DNA from: Tubiluchus corallicola
Taxonomy: Eukaryota > Animalia > Priapulida
DNA: 64,000 nt
Reading direction: 5' to 3'
NCBI GenBank assembly: GCA_030141605.1
Contig: JAQGDQ010000561.1
Location: 62,001-126,000 of the forward strand
Shown one piece after another: positions 59,688 through 64,000 of this stretch; within the stretch, counting starts at the first letter, position 1, and each line of letters starts with the position of its first letter. The notes beneath the pieces were generated by a model. That model ran no database searches, had not been told where the DNA came from, and was given only the letters and a program-made list of their open reading frames with translations. The position numbers and the translations under genes were made by a program.

Positions 59688-60447
59688 ATTTAACTGGCTT
59701 CATATCTAAATATGGTTTCTGAATTAACTGGCTTCATATCTAAATATTGTTTCTGAATTAAGTGGCTTCATATCTAAATATTGTTTTTAAATTAACTGGC
59801 TTCATATCTAAATATGGTTTCTGAATTAACTGGCTTCACATCTAAATATTGTTTCTGAATTAAGTGGCTTCATATCTAAATATTGTTTTTAAATTAACTG
59901 GCTTCATATCTAAATACGGTTTCTGAATTAACTGGCTTCACATCTAAATATTGTTTCTGAATTAACTGGCTTCATATCTAAATATTGTTTTTAAATTAAC
60001 TGGCTTCATATCTAAATACGGTTTCTGAATTAACTGGCTTCACATCTAAATATTGTTTTTAAATTAACTGGCTTCATATCTAAATATGGTTTCTGAATTA
60101 ACTGGCTTCACATCTAAATATTGTTTCTGAATTAAGTGGCTTCATATCTAAATATTGTTTTTAAATTAACTGGCTTCATATCTAAATACGGTTTCTGAAT
60201 TAACTGGCTTCACATCTAAATATTGTTTCTGAATTAACTGGCTTCATATCTAAATATGGTTTCTGAATTAGCTGGCTTCATATCTAAATATCGTTTCTAA
60301 ATTAACTGGCTTCATATCTAAATATGGTTTCTGAATTAACTGGCTTCACATCTAAATATTGTTTCTGAATTAAGTGGCTTCATATCTAAATATTGTTTTT
60401 AAATTAACTGGCTTCATATCTAAATATGGTTTCTGAATTAAGTGGTT
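59688..60447. repeat. Minisatellite, 34-bp unit x~22
   Basis: ATTAACTGGCTTCATATCTAAATATGGTTTCTGA repeated. Confidence 0.97.
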
Positions 60448-60685
60448 CATTTCCTCCTAGTTATCATAGCTCGTGTTTCATATCATTGTATTTTGTCCCT
60501 CTTTTTAATCACGTGGTTTCCTTGCTACTTACAACAGAGGCTAGTTACTACAGCTAATTTAAAAACTTGAGATATTATTATATTGCTACATGATACTAAG
60601 AACAACCCTGATGATTACATTCTCATTAATTACGCTTCGAGTGTGAACAAAACCATTAGAAGTCGAATCAGGTCAAAAAATTTAA

Positions 60686-61366
60686 AGGACAAGGAAAGAG
60701 GCACCTAAAGTGAATTTAGAGAAATCGCTTTAAAAAGTTATACAACTTTACAGCAATTTTATGCACATATCGTACTCGCGTTGAAAGGATTTTTTGTTTG
60801 TTTTCATTTTAAATCTCCCGCGACACTGTTTCGACGGCGCCATTACATGACGTCACCACGCAAACGTAAATCAAGGGAAGAAAAGGCGATGTTAAATTAC
60901 GTCCCGAAAAACTTTCCGTGCAAATCTATATTACTTGCATTTCGCTTACTTCCTTGAAAGACTTATGTAACTAGAAAAGAAAAGTATTAATTATTTAAAA
61001 TGATTTCACGAATTTGTAAAATGTCACTGACTCACCCTCCAGGGTGCACCACTCACTAACCAAACAACGTATTTTTAATCTTATTGATAAGATACGGTAA
61101 TTGTAAATTTTATTTAGTTAGAGACGTGTGAACTACAAATGCTCTGATTATTTTTTCAAACTTTACAGAACGTTATCAAACTTGTCTCAAATGACTCATC
61201 ATCAAAATGGCTGCGTCTAACGGTCATCGCGGTGGTTTAAATTAACGTTTTATACAACGCTACTGCCGACGAAAGTCCTGCATGCAGTATGTAAGTGGTA
61301 TAAAATTTCAAGACGAATTTTTTAAGCTTTATGTAAGTTAAGGTAAAACACACACTTTTCTTGTGT
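60686..61366. mobile_element. Family A copy 4, full length
   Basis: TTAA|AGGACAAGG...TTTTCTTGTGT|TTAA; reverse complement of 131-802. Confidence 0.8.
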
Positions 61367-61483
61367 TTAAAGCATGTTATCCATTATGCTTGGAAAGGGA
61401 CTGATTTTCCAGACATTTGGTGCAATTCTAGGTGAATTTTTTTGGTACTTTCGCTTACAAACTTAATGCGAGAAAGTCTATAG

Positions 61484-61981
61484 CAGGGGTGTGCAAATTG
61501 CGGCCCTCGGGCCAATTGTTGCCCGCCCAGAGAATTTGTGCGGCCAGCAAAGAGATTTATCAACCTAATGAAAGTGCCGCCCGGGCGATTAATTGAGTGT
61601 ATCCAGCTGAAGTCCGTGCCACGATCCCAAAAATAGTGGGGGTAGTTTTTCTACTAGATCGGATGCCATTAACCCTTACAAGACGGTTGTAGCTTAATGT
61701 CACTGTACTACACAGACTGTGTGATACACATTACTAATATGCATTGTAATGAAATTACCACTATCTGTCCTGAAAGTAGAAATATATGGTTTGTAATATA
61801 AATTTTAATAACTTCTAAAATAGTTTCTTGAGTGTAGTAGTAATGATGTACACAGGTCGGATGTAAAAAATCGTTATTAGGCCTTTCTGTGCTTGGCTCC
61901 TTGATCAAACTGCCTGTGGCCTGCAGGAATTGCGTGAAAGTTTAATGTGGCCCGGCTAATCAGATAATTTGCACACCCCTG
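61484..61981 (-). mobile_element. hAT MITE family C, copy 3 (reverse)
   Basis: Same TIRs; perfect TSD GTCTATAG. Confidence 0.93.
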
Positions 61982-62015
61982 GTCTATAGGATGCGATTAA
62001 TTATGTTCATTATTT

Positions 62016-62321
62016 TTAGGATTTGACCACATCCGGTTGGGGCTGATTGACCACATCCGGTTGAGCCTGATATGCTATTATCGACAGCGGTAGCTGACTT
62101 TTCGATTTCTCCGACTTGGTTTTTGTATCCCCTTTCGTCCCGTAACTTTGTAGCGTGTTCATTGTGTCGTTTTGGGAAAAGCTCATCGCCGCTTTGGTCG
62201 TAGATCCTGGTCCTATCCTGGCATCCCGGCAAGTCAAGATACTCTTGTAAGCTTCCCTGAAACGTTCGTTTGTCAACCCGTAGAGGAAGAAGTTGACGCC
62301 GCTGCTGGTGGAGTGAGCAAC
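62016..62321 (-). CDS. Class A GPCR (melatonin-receptor-like), last coding exon (TM7 and C-tail)
   Basis: TTCATAG|VAHSTSSGVNFFLYGLTNERFREAYKSIL...*; phase 0 matches the upstream exon. Confidence 0.85.
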   Translation of the reverse strand, partial: VAHSTSSGVNFFLYGLTNERFREAYKSILTCRDARIGPGSTTKAAMSFSQNDTMNTLQSYGTKGDTKTKSEKSKSQLPLSIIAYQAQPDVVNQPQPDVVKS

Positions 62322-62954
62322 CTATGAACAAAAATGGTGGAATTTAAATTAAATTAAATTGAAATTAAATGAAGTAATACAGTTCTTTCCGCCTCATACA
62401 ACCATAAAAACATAAAGCCGCGAATTGTCCACATCGTGTCGAATAAAGCTCATTTGCATAGCTGTTACAGTACTTCTTACTTACGCATGATGTCACGAAC
62501 AATGGGCTCTACATCATATGACGTCAGAAACTAACACTGCAGTTCATAATCATGCTTATCGCGTACCGCCTATTTGTCGGCCACGCGCATGTGACAAAAA
62601 GGCGCCGTTTCCGCACGTAGCTTTGAAAGTTTAACGAAATTTGAGTGTCCGAGGTATTATTTAATCTAAGCTTTGATTTAAAAAAAGCTATTGTAGTTTT
62701 CAATATTTTAGAGCATTCTTTATTCTGAATTGATGTTGACACAATCGTCCGGTTTTCTTTTAAGAATATCTTTGGCCTTTGTAAACCTAAATGGTTGAGC
62801 TTATGTCTGCAGTTTTGTCGAACATGCAACGGTTTAAATGATTGTAATATATTGCAACAAAGAGCGGATTGTACTGATACTGATACGGAGGGTCGAAAAT
62901 AATTGGGCATTTCGCCTTCGTAACAATATGACGGATGTAAACATGTCACTTTAA

Positions 62955-63408
62955 CCCTTTCATACCCGTTGTATCCCGTGGGATGCGACAATATTTACTG
63001 CCTTTAAAATTAATAAAATTTTAAAACTGACAGTTATTTGATCTGTATTAGTTATTTTCATTTAAGCCAATAACAAGAGACTAAAATGGTGATAAAATGG
63101 CAAACTAAAAAATCTACGTAGCATAAAAAACTGCGCAAGGTACAGTACTTTAGAGACGACTTGGGTACAGATCAGCATAGCGTGCATACTAAATGTCTTA
63201 AATACTTTAAAAATTATCAGCAGTTGCAAAATGAAGCACATTTTATGCTTCTATTGAATCCCAATGTATCCCGTGGGATACAGGCTATATTTAGCACGCG
63301 GGCACAGGTAGAAAATAATTATTATGTGTAAACAAGATGGACATACTAAACAAAAGTACCAAGCCAAAAAATTTTTCCTTAATAAAAAATAATTTGGGAC
63401 TGAAAGGG
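62955..63408 (+). mobile_element. piggyBac-like MITE, copy 2, in the GPCR intron
   Basis: TTAA|CCCTTTCA...TGAAAGGG|CTAA. Confidence 0.88.
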
Positions 63409-63562
63409 CTAATAAATATTTTCTCACTCTATCGCATACAGTTAAGTTGCAGATAAGTTGCAGATTAATTTAGTGTTGACAATGTTTTCATAGTTTTCAA
63501 TATAGTGAAGATACTTGGCGAGCATTTCTTGAAAGGTAAAAAAGGGGGCGTTGGATTCGTAC

Positions 63563-63747
63563 CTGTAATGAGATGGCATGCCAAGCTTTTGGCCAGGTGT
63601 CGTAGAAGTCAAAGACTACAGTGACGCCGTACGAGCCCCAGCAGACAAAGAAAACTACACAGATGATAAAGAGCGTCTTGGCAAGCTTGATCTCGTCACG
63701 ATTACGTCGTGCAATGGCTGTGTCTGCTGTCAAGAATGCACCCATTG
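63563..63747 (-). CDS. Same GPCR, exon encoding ICL3-TM6-ECL3; gene continues beyond the window
   Basis: RDEIKLAKTLFIICVVFFVCWGSY..WHAISLQ|GTACGA; acceptor TTTTTACAAACAG. Confidence 0.85.
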
Positions 63748-63879
63748 CTGTTTGTAAAAATTATTACTATTATTATTCATAATTTATTATAATCAATTCT
63801 CTTTAACTAAGAATAAGTGATTATTAAGTTCGCATGTCTGCAATGCACATGACGGGCCGAGATAATTAACAGACGATGG

Positions 63880-64000
63880 TGGTAGCAATAGTGACGATGA
63901 TGCTGATGATGACGATGATGACGACGACGACGACGACGACGACGACGATGATGATGATGGTGATGGTGATGGTGATGGCGATGGTGATGATGATGATGAT
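63880..64000. repeat. (GAT/GAC/GGT)n microsatellite
   Basis: Direct reading. Confidence 0.95.

Overview
AT-rich, intron- and repeat-rich invertebrate animal genomic DNA; the species cannot be determined from the sequence. Genes I can support: (1) a + strand Smaug/SAMD4 orthologue with 10 coding exons reconstructed from 7943 to the stop at 30520, all with consistent intron phases; its first coding exon is not found and probably lies upstream of the window, and a ~3.6 kb 3'UTR is inferred; (2) intronless RPL36 (-); (3) MAD2L2/REV7 with an intronless CDS (-) and a candidate upstream micro-exon; (4) two tandem intronless aminergic-type class A GPCRs (+), the second with one in-frame TAG; (5) a 3-exon secreted single IGFBP(IB)-domain protein (+); (6) the last two exons of a melatonin-receptor-like GPCR (-). 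Introns and intergenic DNA contain many non-autonomous DNA transposons (Kolobok-, hAT-, piggyBac-, pogo/Tc2- and Harbinger-like), solo LTRs, LINE remnants, a 5S rRNA-derived SINE and many tandem arrays. Most unusual: a 54-unit 15-bp intronic array whose core matches the 5' end of U1 snRNA (a perfect 5' splice site on the opposite strand), inverted MITEs abutting Smaug exons in circRNA-promoting geometry, a canonical Smaug recognition element in Smaug's own 3'UTR, and a mosaic GPCR duplicate pair lacking the TM3-ECL2 disulfide. Coordinates were read by hand and may be off by a few bases; family assignments are from recognition, not database searches.
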